Assembly: GCF_036365525.1 (NCBI RefSeq)
Contig: NC_090390.1
Coordinates: 56,898,153-56,962,152 of the forward strand
From: Heterodontus francisci
Lineage: Eukaryota
DNA: 64,000 nt
Reading direction: 5' to 3'
Positions 13,365 through 25,125 of this stretch are shown piece after piece (the first letter of the stretch is position 1; each line of letters begins with the position of its first letter). A program made the translations under genes and the position numbers. The notes beneath the pieces were generated by a model, which worked only from the letters and a program-made list of their open reading frames with translations, made no database searches and had not been told where the DNA came from.

Positions 13365-13880
13365 TCAACTATTCCAACACACTCCTGGACAGCCTCCACT
13401 TTCTATCCTCGATAAACTGGAAATCATCCAAAACTCTAGTGCAAATCCTAAATTGCACTAAGTCCCATTCACCCATTATCCGTGTTCACTGGCCAATCCT
13501 GGCTCCCACTGTAACAACATTTTGATTTTAAAATTCTCATAATTGTTTCTAAATCCCTCCATGACCTTGCCCCTCTCTATCACAGTCACCTTCTCCAGCC
13601 CTACAACTCTCAGAGATACCTAGACTTCTCCAATTGTAATCACTCCGCCATAGGCAGCTGAAGGCACAGTCACCAATGCCCTAATCTCTAGAATTCCCTC
13701 CCTAAATCTCCTCTGGTTACTTTCCTCCTTTATGACTCTCCTTAAAATCTCTCTCTTTGACCAAGCTTTTGGTCACCTGCTCCTTACATGGATTGGTATT
13801 AAATTTCATTTGGTAAAGCTCCTGGGTAGCGCCTCAGGACACTTTACTACGTTACAGGTGCTATATAAATACAAAATGCT
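13365..13880 (+). mobile_element. L2 LINE 3' fragment
   Basis: GATTTTAAAATTCTC...CTCTTTGACCAAGCTTTTGG...GCTATATAAATACAA, shared with minus-strand L2 copies at 60.6-61.9 kb. Confidence 0.75.
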
Positions 13881-13958
13881 GTTGATGCTGGTTTATTCGA
13901 GCAACAACACAGAGGCAACATTTGCTATTATGCACACAGCGAACCAAACAATGATCAT

Positions 13959-14098
13959 CCCTTCTGAAGAATGGTCAATGACCTGAAACGTTAACTCTGC
14001 TTCTCTTTCCACAAATGCTGCCAAACCTGCTCAGTATTTCCAGCATTTCTTGTTTTTATTTCAGATTTCCAGCATCCGCAGTATTTTGCTTTTATTTT
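13959..14098 (+). mobile_element. Penelope-type mini-element with minimal hammerhead ribozyme core
   Basis: CTGAAGA (13964-13970), GGTC-AAT-GACC hairpin, GAAACGTT-AACT; TSD AATGATCAT/AACGATCAT. Confidence 0.7.
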
Positions 14099-14161
14099 AA
14101 CGATCATTCAGTTTACATCCCTGAAATATGTACAAACAGCACTGCGAACAACGAATCTCAC

Positions 14162-14188
14162 CTTAGAAAGTAATAACCAAGTCACCAT
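14162..14188 (-). CDS. Candidate first coding exon (MVTWLLLSK) of a gene divergent from IKZF5, possibly ACADSB
   Basis: Strong Kozak AAAATGG, consensus donor AAG|GTGAGA in phase 0, at the CpG island edge; ACADSB is head-to-head with IKZF5 in human; no second exon recognised in the window. Confidence 0.45.
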
Positions 14189-14399
14189 TTTGTCTTTTGT
14201 AACAACTGACACGTTACACAAATAACTTGGACAAAACTAGCGTGCGGTTATTTGCTTATGCCGTTTGCAGGATGGTGATATTGGAAATCACACAGCACCT
14301 CCTCCACGTTCAAGAATCAGGATTTGTTCTACTCAACTAATCAGAAGACGTCACCAACATTCTTTTTGGGGTGGGGGTGGGGGGGGGGGGTTCAAAAAC

Positions 14400-15330
14400 C
14401 GAGGCTTGCGTTGATTTCTAAACTTTTAAAAATATATATCGTTTATATAAAAACGATACCGTACAAGAATGGGAAAAGGTTAAAATTACAAAAATGAAAA
14501 TTAATCCCGCAAAACAAAAATAAAATGTTGTGCTCAAGCCCAGCAACGATTGGCCTAGTATAGCGGGGCGGCCTCAGTCTCTGCTCCGCCTCCAGCCTGG
14601 CTCGGTTATAGGGGAAGAGGCGCAGCCCCGCCTATTGATGTCATTTCCATCCTGCTGTCTGTGCCGCGGCTGAACTGTGACATCGACGCCGGGCTTTTGT
14701 TCCTTTCGTCTTCGGGACTTGCGGCTTCCTTCTCCGGCAGTCATTACCACTGGCGGCTCGCTCCTGTCAGCAAGCGCTGCCTGCCTGCCTCCCTCCCTGT
14801 GGGAGCCGATATGTTTCGCTATTTTGGAAACGCTGTCGAGTGGATGGAACTAAGCTGAAGGTATGGAGGAGGAGGAAGTACATACCCCCCCCCCCCCCCC
14901 CCCCCGACTTGATCCGGTTTAACAACCCAGCAGCTCGTGGGTCGACCCTTCGTTTGAAAATCAACTGAAAGTGCTCGAGCCGCCGCTGCCTTCGGCCGAA
15001 AGCAAAAGTTGTGAGAAAGCTCGGGTGGGGGTTAGATAGCGTGATGCTGATGTGTCTGACCCCGATATCTAATCCACATTTCTGTTAATCCTTTTTTTTC
15101 TTGTTTCCATAATTGTTGTGATTTTTATGTGTCTGTCGATATTTCAAAATAACGCGGCCCAGTTCAATCTTAACTTTGAGCGAAAGTGCTTTGTGAGTGA
15201 CGTCCCGATCAACCAATGGAAGTTGGCGCACTAGTGACGTTTCACCCATTTGAGCCAATGATTACAAGGGAGGGGGCGGGATGTTTGTTGGGGCCGGCTT
15301 GTTGGAGTCACCGCAACAGCCATTTGTAAT
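14400..15330. promoter_or_regulatory. CpG-island promoter of IKZF5, probably bidirectional
   Basis: CpG-rich against a depleted background; ATTGG and GGGGCGG near 14550-14570, GCCCCGCC near 14625; second module with two TGACGT..CCAAT pairs and GGGGCGGG at about 15197-15280. Confidence 0.8.
14650..14860 (+). other. IKZF5: Probable non-coding first exon of IKZF5 (start approximate)
   Basis: Follows promoter motifs and ends at donor GAAG|GTATGG (GT at 14861). Confidence 0.5.
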
Positions 15331-16114
15331 CCAGTGCCAAGCGATTCTGAAGGGTTGGCTGGCACGAATGGCAAAAGGACAAAAAGGATTACACTCCCGT
15401 TTCATAGCTCATTTTATATTTTAAGGTTATCCAGTTTTAAATGTGTTAAAAAGGACATTGTATTTTTGAAAGATGCGTGTACATATAAAGTCTCTGATGA
15501 TCCCCAGGGTGCTATTTCGTCTTGGTTTCAGAGGGTTTAAGACGTGACTGCTGCAAGTCACTTGCCAATATGAAGGCAAAAGTGTAGCAGTTAATCCTGC
15601 CCACACATCTATGTATGTACAAGGCTCAACATTAAGCCTCCAAAGGCTATAGAACGAGGAGCCCAACGTAGGTAAACACCGCCATTATTTTAAAAAGCGG
15701 CCACAAAGCAAGTAGCTAACAGTCTAGATAGGCAGTAGCGGGGAGATTAGTTGAATCCATTGTTAGGCATAAAGTATAAACAGATTAGGAAGAGCAAACA
15801 TAGTTTTATAAATGATGGATAAGTCTAGTTTTCCCAGCTCCCTTTTGAAGATTTTTCAGTGCAAACATTCAGATGGAAAATTGCTTAGGTACCTGCTCTG
15901 TCATCCCTGTGTGTGCCCTACCATTCCACATTCAGAGGTCTGAGAGAGGGACAAAGAAATGCTTATGGCAGCCAGGGCCTGTGAAAGCCATCGTATTAAA
16001 AGCTAGCTCAAAGATACAAAAAATGAACAATAGGGCCAATGTTTTTTTTTTAAAAGGATGGAAGTACACTATACTTACACAGACTGCTGGTTAACTACAG
16101 TGGCTTGTATATTT

Positions 16115-16795
16115 TTTTATTCATTCATAGGATGGAGACATCACTAACAAGGCCAGCATGTTTTGTCCATTCCTAATTGTCCTTCAGAAGGTAGTGGTGA
16201 GCTGCCTTCTTAAACAGCTGCATTCCATGTGGTGTAGACAGACCTGTATTACTGTTAAAGAGGGAGTTTCAGATTTTTGACCCAGTGACATTAAACAAAT
16301 TGGGATATAGTGCCAAGTCAGGGTGGTGTGTGTCTTGGAGGGGAACATGCAGGTGGTGGTTCCCACGTGCCTGCTGTCCTTGTTCTGGTTGATAGAAGTT
16401 GTGGGTTTGGAAGGTGCTGTTGAAGGAGCCTTAGCAAGATGCTGCAGTGCATCCTGGAGATGGTACACACTGCAGCCATGGTGTGCCTGTGGTGGAGGGA
16501 ATGAATGTTGATCAAGCAGGTTGCTTTGTCCTGGATGTTGTTGAGCTTCTAGAGTATTGTTGTAACTGCACTTATCCAGGCAAGTGAAAAGTATTCCATC
16601 ATATTCCTGACAACTGCCTTGTTAACGGTAGAAAGGCTTTGGGGAGTCAGGAGGTGAGATACTCGCCCCAGAATTCCCAACCTCTGACCTGCTCTTGTAT
16701 TTGTGGTGTTTGTGGCTAGTTCAGTTAAGTTTCTGGTCAGTGATCCCTAGGGTGTTGATGGTGGAGGATTCGGCAATGGTAATGCTGTTGAATGC
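16115..16795 (-). mobile_element. CR1 family B 3' fragment
   Basis: Same sequence family as 3866-4560 and 53855-54445. Confidence 0.85.
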
Positions 16796-16859
16796 ACCTG
16801 TAAAATAGTAAGTGTTCCAATTCCTATCAGGTAAAAAAGTTAATTTGTGGGTGCTTTTA

Positions 16860-17270
16860 AAGGTGGGTAGCAAAATAGATGCCACCAACGTGCAGGGAAG
16901 TTGCACTGGACTGGGAGGAGCAAAGCTGCAGGCTGGGAGGTGTAGCTGAGGAGACTGTAGAAGTAGGGTTAGGTGAGGCTGTGCTAAGATTTATAAACAA
17001 AAATCATTGAGGTGAATTCACTGGAGGATGGAGCAAACAATAGGTAGGAGTGTGGAGCTTGCAATGGCTGAAGGGAAGTATTTTGGAGAGGTTCATCCTG
17101 GAGGTAACAAAAGCATAAGGGTTTCAGCAATCGTGGGGTTGAAGTAAGGGCAGAGATGGATGATGTGGAATCAAATGCTTGTGGTGGTGGATACAATATG
17201 GACTTTGAAAGTCAGTTCAGAGTTGGAACAGGATGAGATTGTGCAATGTCTGGGTAAGCATGACCAGGTA
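16860..17270 (-). mobile_element. Old L2 fragment
   Basis: Purine-rich similarity to the L2 at 60.9-61.4 kb; heavily degraded. Confidence 0.5.
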
Positions 17271-18535
17271 ACAGGAGTTGGGGTGGTTAGGAAGGCTATG
17301 GGCCTTCAAGCAAGAGAAAAATATCACTTTTTTTTTTTCTTAACATTGTGCCATCTGAGAATGTTCTGGCTCATCTACAACTTTATTGGCCCAATGATAA
17401 GAACAGAAATGGTTGGGGAGTCCAGGATAGTGGTGGGGTGATAATCTGCACAGCAACTTGCATGTGGAAACTGATCCAATACCTACAGATGATGTCAACA
17501 AGGGAGCTAAGGGAAAACCTCGGGTATTGCAGAGATGACTGCAGAGGAAATAGTTGCTTATTGATAAGAGTTTGCATGATCTTGGAGATTTAAATTTATT
17601 TCTGTAGAAGTACAGGTAGCATGTGTTTAGGTGGGGAGATTTTGGCATTTCACGGCTTTATTGAACTGCACAATACATTTTCTGGATGTTAACTGTGATC
17701 TGCCTATGGATGCGCCAGGGAACAAGACTGTAATAACTGATCTGCTTAATTTATGTTTTTGCATAAGGAGGGAGGCAATCCAGTCAGATGATGCTGACTA
17801 CCTTATGAATAGGTATCTTGCTGATGAATTTTGAATTGAGGTGAAAATGACAACAGAGGGGGTGTCACTGATTCTGCTCAGACCAGTAATAAAGATGATT
17901 AAATATTACTTGGATTTCTATAGCACAGCCAGACTTTGTTCACTGTATTTCAAAAGTGCATTTAGGAAGGCATTCAAGCTTTTACAAGGGTTTGCATCTA
18001 ACTGGATATAATAACTAGTAACATTAGCAATCCTCCTAAAAAAATAAATTGATGTGACTGGGAGCAGTGGTATACTTAGTTCATGAAGTAGGATTATGTA
18101 ACGTTACGATTTCCTGGAGCGAATCACAGTATTGTGCTGCATTTAGTATGCATTTGTGTTTCAAATGTATTGCACTATATTCTACAAAGGAGTAAAACAT
18201 TTCCTGAAATTATTGTATTGTAATTTTGCAAGGTATTTTAGTTTGTAAAGTGCAGTTACATTGTCTCATGTTTACAGCATGGTAATTTCTGTTGTGCAGT
18301 GATAGCCTACTTGGGTTTGACACAATCTAAAGTGTAGCTCCAGTATGTTAGTAAACCTTGCTTTTTAAAAAAAAAAAAAAAGTGCTTGGGGCAAATCTGT
18401 TTGACCACTTAGGCAGTTTGACTCAGCTCTGTGCAAATTTTTTTAATAGTTTGCAAATAGTGATCCCATTCTCAAAAGCATTAGAATTTACTGAAGGAGT
18501 AAAATATAATTTGTAACCAGGTGATGCAAATCAGG

Positions 18536-18635
18536 AGGCAAAGTACTACGGATGCTGGAAATCTGAAAAATAAGTAAAAAATGCTGGAAATACTCAGCAG
18601 TTAGGCCTGATCAAGTATTTCCATAATTATGTTTA
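18536..18635 (-). mobile_element. Penelope-type mini-element with short inversion
   Basis: GATGCTGGAAATCTGAAA...GCTGGAAATACTCAGCAG then inverted AGTATTTCCA; TSD ATGCAAATCAGG/ATGTAAATCAGG (18524-18535, 18636-18647). Confidence 0.65.
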
Positions 18636-18998
18636 ATGTAAATCAGGTACTACTGGCTGTAAATCAATGTAATATCATTGTAACCTTAATTTTAAAACTA
18701 CAGCGTGAGCTGCAGTTTGAAGCTTGATATTCTATGATTGCAATTTTCAGAATCTGGCAAGAGAGAGGGGGAGATGGTATGATTTGGTAGAACCAGAAAA
18801 TGGATTGAATGGAGAAATTTACTGTGAACTTGAGTTGATTTGAATAAAACAGAACCTTCTTGAAAATATATTCAGATCTGAATTATGCAAGTACATACTG
18901 AATTACTTAGTAATATTGTTTCATATCCACAGCGTATTACACACTTAGTATTGGAATTTTTTTAAGGAATTAAAGAAGCTTCAATCAAGAGTGAGAAT

Positions 18999-19131
18999 AT
19001 GCGAGAAAAGAGAAATGACTCTGTAGACTTTGTCAAGGATTTTCAAGAGTATCTCACTCAGCAAACGCAGCATGTCAACATGATTTCTGGTTCAGTGTGT
19101 AATGAAAAGGAACCAGAATTACTTCAGCCTG
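18999..19131 (+). CDS. IKZF5: IKZF5 (Pegasus) first coding exon
   Basis: MREKRNDSVDFVKDFQEYLTQQTQHVNMISGSV matches the Pegasus N-terminus; acceptor TTTTAAG ending 18966, donor G|GTAAGG; 133 nt, phase 1. Confidence 0.97.
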
Positions 19132-19790
19132 GTAAGGAAAGGAAATGTTCATTGTAAGTTAGTACTTTATAAGTTAGTAGATGGAATTTAACTGTTAAAA
19201 CAACTATTTAATATGCTATCCCCATCATTTATAGTCAAGATAATGTTAATATCTAAAATATTGGATTGAAATATCCCAACTATCTGCTTCAAGATTACAA
19301 CAACATTTTTAGAGAGAATGAAATGCTTAAGAATGTGCCAACCATGTACAGCACAATCCAGAGGTTCAAATGGTTCTCTAAACTAAGACCTTGGTTGGTT
19401 ACTTTGTATTTCAGGTATGTAACAAGCTCCCAAGGATTTTTGTGCATGATCGTAATTTTTTTTTTAACTCATACATTTACGCTGAATTTTTGTCATTTAG
19501 CAGAGGTGCAGTGTATGTAGAAGAAATTAAAATGCAAACTTTTCTTGTATTTTGTGATTCTTGGAATTGATCTTTGAAAGAAGTCAGTTGAAAAAAAGGT
19601 TGTCATATCATGCTGACAAGAGTTTAATGATACAAAATGTCAGCGTTCCTAGTTTGTGCACTTTTTATCCTGCCTGATTGGCTATATTTTACTCTGAAGA
19701 AACCAAGGGTTTTCAAATCCAGTTGACCGTGTAATATTTCTCTGAAGTACTTTTTAATGTGTATAGTTTTTGCACATTTATTTTTCCAAT

Positions 19791-20136
19791 TTTAGATTAG
19801 ATTAGAGATACAGCACTGAAACAGGCCCTTCGGCCCACCGAGTCTGTGCCGAACATCAACCACCCATTTATACTAATCCTACACTAATCCCATATTCCTA
19901 CCAAACATCCCCACCTGTCCCTATATTTCCCTACCACCTACCTATACTAGTGACAATTTATAATGGCCAATTTACCTATCAACCTGCAAGTCTTTGGCTT
20001 GTGGGAGGAAACTGGAGCACCCGGAGGAAACCCACGCAGACACAGGGAGAACTTGCAAACTCCACACAGACAGTACCCGGAATCGAACCCGGGTCCCTGG
20101 AGCTGTGAGGCTGCGGTGCTAACCACTGCGCCGCCC
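19791..20136 (-). mobile_element. HE1-like V-SINE (young)
   Basis: tRNA-derived head with A and B boxes, V-domain GTGTGGAGTTTGCAAGTTCTCCC...GGGTTTCCTCCGGGTGCTCC, CR1-type tail GGGCCGAAGGGCCTG. Confidence 0.92.
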
Positions 20137-20534
20137 TATTCTCTGTGAAATTAATGTGGTATAGTTCCATGAGTTCTGGCAGCCTTTCAGTAACTCACTT
20201 ATGACTGTTTTTCACATATGAATCTGGACCAGGGGCTTTGCTATTCAACTGCAGCTGAATTACAAGCTGTTCATATGCAATATCCAAATACAGATTCCTA
20301 CAGGAGTTATTGAACAGTGATCAAAAATAGTCACCTAGACAGTTAATGCCCCTCATGACCAGAACAGACCGCTGATTGAACCCGAGTCCTGCCTGATCTG
20401 AATTGTTTGGTGCCTTTATACACTGAGGTATTAGGGAGTTGTGTAATTTAAAAAAAAAAATCGAGAACACTTAAGTACATTGTAATAGAAGCAAATGAGG
20501 GAAGATAACATTTAAGAACTTTTACTATATTTGT

Positions 20535-21530
20535 GAAAGTACCTCCCCATTTCCAACCTTCCTTTCCTCTCCAAAGTCCTTAAACATGCTGTTATCTCCC
20601 AAATCTGTGCCTGTTTTTCCCAGAACTCCATTTTTGAATCATATTTCTGTCCCTGCCACATTTCTGAAACAGCCCTCATCAAAGTAAAAAATATCATCCT
20701 GTATGACTGACCATAGTAAACTATCTCTCCCAATCCTTCTCAACCTGTCTGCTGCCTTTGACACTGTTGACCACACCATCCTCCTCCAACACCCCTCCTC
20801 CATTATCCGGCTGGCTGGGACTATGCAGACCTGGTTCCATTTTTAACCATCCCATGTGCTGGTGCTCAGAGTGCTGGGCGAGCCCTACTGCCGAGCCCTA
20901 TTCCCAGCTTCAGTGGAACCTCCCGGTGAACAGGTGCCCCTTTACTGGTGACAACAGCCGTAGCCAGAAAAATCACCTGCAATGGCTTCACTTCCTGCTT
21001 CTGCACCATTGCATCCGGGGACCCCCAGGATCTATCCTTGCCCCCTCGGCAACATTGTTCGAAAACTCATTAGGTGCCACACATACGCTGTCAACGAAGT
21101 TCTATCTCACCACCACCTGTCAAACTTTGTCACCTTTGTCACTGACTCCATCTCTCTCTGGCAACTGTCTGAATTTGAACCAGACCATTTGCAATCTTGG
21201 TTTCATATTTGATGGAGATGAGCTTCCGACCGTTTCTGCTCCATCACCAAGACTGCCTATTTCAACCTCCGTTTTAGCTGTGCTGTCATTGAGGATGGGG
21301 ATGTTCATGGTGCCTCTTCCTCCCGTTAGTTGTTTAATTAAAAAAAATGCAAGTTTAATTGTCTGCCACCATTCACAACTGGATGAGACAGGGCTGCAGA
21401 GCTTTGCTCTGATCTGTTGATTGTGGGATCACTTAGCTTTGTCTTTGGCCTGCTGCTTCTGCTGTTTAGCATACATGTAATCCTGGGTTGGCACCCCCTC
21501 ATTTTTAGGTACACCTGGTGCTGCTCTTAA
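20535..21530. mobile_element. L2 fragments (+) followed by a CR1 family B fragment (-, from about 21277)
   Basis: GCCTTTGACACTGTTGACCAC and CCCCCAGGATCTATCCTTG RT remnants; 21277-21530 matches 5510-5730. Confidence 0.7.
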
Positions 21531-21762
21531 GTGTGGAGCAAGAAATTTATTTTGTAATTTCTTCATGTTTTTTGCAAAAACCTCCAGTCTTAGCCTTTAT
21601 TTATTTATAGCCTTGTATTTTTGTGTGTGTATATATAATATACGTCAGATATCCCTGTTTAATGATTCTATGGTCTTAGTATTTTTTGTTTTTCAGTCGT
21701 ATATCTTGGGCTACTTTTTAAAATTTGTGAAGTTGTCTTAATACTTTTATTTTTATTGGCAG

Positions 21763-21945
21763 CTGGGACAGAAAATCATCAAAATGGAATCCACCATGCT
21801 TCTGTTGAAGTTTCTCTTGATGATGGCTCTGGAATGATGGGAGAAGGGCCAGAAAGAACAGTTGATGGAAAACTGAAGTGTCAGTACTGTAACTATGCTA
21901 GCAAAGGAATAGCACGACTGATGGAGCACACCAGAATGCACACAG
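21763..21945 (+). CDS. IKZF5: IKZF5 second coding exon (zinc finger 1)
   Basis: GTENHQNGIHHASVEVSLDD...KLKCQYCNYASKGIARLMEHTRMHT; TTGGCAG acceptor, CAG|GTAATT donor; 183 nt keeps the frame. Confidence 0.97.
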
Positions 21946-22581
21946 GTAATTAAACTATCGAGCAGATTAGCTTAGCAGTTAAGCACCAGCTATTGAGTTG
22001 CAGTGTTTGAACTTATCAGAGATCTGGTTAGATGAAATAGTGAGTCTACCCACATGCAATTGATAAGGTCCTAAAATGACCTCTATAGGTTCCTTCATAT
22101 TGTTAAATTTAGTATTCCTTTCCAGCTAATATCCCTGTTAAACATTTTACTGTAAAAGAATGTGCAAACTATTTAAAAATGTTAGTTAACTGTAGTTGAA
22201 TTTTTTTTTTTAAAGTGACAGACCTGTTCTCAAAATAAAAAGTATAAATTTTCTGTTGGGTGAATTTTAATGTTCCTGAATTATGCTATTTACATATCAC
22301 TTCCAGTCACTGAAACTGACTTAAGTAAAGAATAGATTCATGCCCTTTAGCAACTAGATTGAGACTGCATAAATTCACTTCACCCAAGGTCATTTCAGCT
22401 AGGTTATTCAATCTGGCTTCAATACACTTGCTCGCAGAGGCAAAAAGAGATTGTACTAATCAACAGCACTACCAGCATCCTCGATAATGTTACGAATTCT
22501 TTATGGGCAGAGGGGTAGAGTACAGTTGCTTTTGTACAATATGTTCTGGGTGGCAAATTTTCATGGGCTTATGATTCATAA

Positions 22582-23235
22582 TGGGATCGCCAACACGTCA
22601 ATCACGAACTACTGGCAGCTCGCGTCGGCCTTTGAGTAGCTTGTATAATGTTCCCGATCACTCACCTCATCCTGCTAGGATTAATCACGCATGCGCATCT
22701 GAACATCTTGCCATATTTTGACATCACCACGTATTGACAACAGGAAGAGCAGGCAGTCGGGGGGTGGGCCCGTGGTGAATGCCGGGGGTGTGGGCGAGTA
22801 GAGGGCCCAGTGGTGAATGCTGGGGGCCGAGGGAGCAAGTGAGCAGGGTCCCAGCAGTGAATGCCAGGGGGGCGAGCAAGTGGGGAGGCCAGAGGCAAAT
22901 GTTGTGGGAAGTGAGTGGTGGGCAGGCTGTGGTGAGGGAGCACCAAGCGGGGGAATGAGTGGTGAGTGACAAGGCTGCATTCAAACAGGGAGCAGCCAGC
23001 AACAAGTTTGGGTGGGTGGGGTGGTGCAAAGAGGAGCGGCTATAGGGGGGGAAGGGCCTTTTCTGCCAAATTGAGCAGTGCCATCTTTATTACTGGCCGC
23101 TGCCTGAGACGTTGTGGACTTTTGTCATTTGTGTGTGCGTGAGTAGTGTGTCACCTCGTGGTGGTGGTGTCAGCAGACGCATTCTGTTCCTTTACCAGAA
23201 GTAGCTCTCACTCAGGAAAAGGTTGGTGACCCCTG
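22582..23235. mobile_element. Non-autonomous hAT element (MITE) in an IKZF5 intron
   Basis: Right end AGGTTGGTGACCCCTG, degenerate left end TGGGATCGCCAAC, 8-bp TSD ATTCATAA/CTTCATAA. Confidence 0.65.
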
Positions 23236-23944
23236 CTTCATAACGTACCACAGAATGTTTTTTGTTGCAAGCCAAAATTAATCTGGAATAAATATTCCAG
23301 TCTGGGAATGCAAGCTGATGATGCCTCATCTTGACCAGAATTCATTCAGAACAGATTATAATTTTGGGTTACTGGAGATTATTGAATTGCCATTGCTGGG
23401 TGCAGGGTTTCTTCCAAAAGATGGCTTAGTATTGACCAAAGAATAGATCCCAGTTGCCCTTCTGATGTGATGTGGGGAAGTGGATTAAATGTAAAGTATG
23501 CAACAAAAAAATTAGCATCATTTTTACAAATAGCCTTAGGAGTAGGTACTTGTTCTGATATATTGGCCTGGACTTTTTGGTCAGTGACAAAGGAATGGTG
23601 CTTGCCATTCACTATGCTGACAGCTTCCAGAAAACTTTGGCGATCGTTTGAGTGGTAACTTGCATGATTAGCGGATCATTGTGTGCCCTCTCTAGAGCAT
23701 CTCAGTAGGGCAAGAAACAGCAAGACTATTCAACCAATCAGATTGAAGAATCCTTATTGAGCCACACAGACTGAACCAGGAAGTCTAAAGTAGGAAATAA
23801 AAAATTAAAGTAAAATCATGCACAGAAAGTCAAAGATTGGAAAAGATAGATGGGATTGAGAGGGATAAGAAACAGAGTATGTGAAATATTTTTTTTAAAA
23901 TATCAAACACTTAACTTTGAAGGAATAAGACTACACATTTGTTA

Positions 23945-25125
23945 AGTTGGACAAAAGAGCTGAACTCGAGAGGTGAGGTGAGAGTGACTGCCGTTGACAT
24001 CAAGGCAGCATTTGACCAAGTATGGCATCAAGGAGCCCTAGCAAAACTGGAGTCAATGGAAATCAGGGGGGAAACTCTCCTCTGGTTGGAATCGTACCTA
24101 GTGCAAAGGAAGATGGTTGTGGTTGTCGGAGGTCAATCATCTCACCTGCAGGACATCACTGCAGGAGTTCCTCAGGGTAGTGTCCTAGGCCTAACCATCT
24201 TCAGCTGCTTCATCAATGACCTTCCTTCAATCATAAGATCAGAAGTGGGGATGTTCGCTGATTGCACAACGTTCACCATTTGTGACTCCTCAGATACTGA
24301 AGCAGTCTGTGTAGAAATGCAGCAAGACCTGGACAATATCCATGCTTGGGCTGATATTTGGCAAGTAACATTCGTGCCACACAAATGCCAGGCAATGACC
24401 ATCTACAACAAGAGAGAATCTAACCATCTCGCTTTGACATTCAATAGAATTACAATCGCTGAATTCCCCCTTGATTAACCTCCTGGGAGTTACCATTGAC
24501 CAGAAACTGGAACTAGAGTAGCCATATAAATACCGTGGCTACAAGAGCAGGTCAGAGGCTATGAATCGTGCAGCGAGTAACTCACCACCTGACTCCCCAA
24601 AGCCTGTCACAAGGCACAAGTTTGGAGTGTGATGGAATACTCTCCACTTGCCTGGATGGGTGCAGCTCCAACAACACAAGAAGCTCAACGCCATCCAGGA
24701 CAAAGCAGCCTGCATGATTGGCACCCCGTACACATACATTCACTCCTTCCACCACTGCGCACAGTGGCAGCAGTGTGTACCACCTACAAGATGCACTGCA
24801 GCAATGCAGTAAGGCTACTCAGGCTGCACCTTCCAAACCCACAAATTCTACCACCTAGAAGGGCAAGGGCAGCAGATGTGTGGGAAAACCACCACCTGCA
24901 AATTCCCCTCCAAGCCACACACCATCCTGACTTGGAACTATATCACTGTTCCTTCACTGTTGCTGGGTCAAAATTCTGGAACTCCCTTCCTAATAGCACT
25001 TTGGGTGTACCTACCCCACATGGACTTCAGTTCAAGAAGGCAGCTCACCAACACCTTCTCATTGGCAATTGGGGATGGGCAATAAATGCTGGCATGGCCA
25101 GTGATGCCCACCTCCCATGAATCCC
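23945..25125 (+). mobile_element. CR1 family B, 5'-truncated
   Basis: DIKAAFDQVWH, GVPQGSVLG, MFAD; 3' end GGGCAATAAATGCTGGC...CCCATGAA. Confidence 0.92.

Noticed and set aside
18751-18890. Extra non-coding IKZF5 exon
   Set aside because: Good acceptor (TTTTCAG) but the donor is ambiguous (18777 or 18891); cannot be supported without transcripts
20758-21420. 220-aa ORF as a novel gene
   Set aside because: Chance read-through across L2 and CR1 fragments
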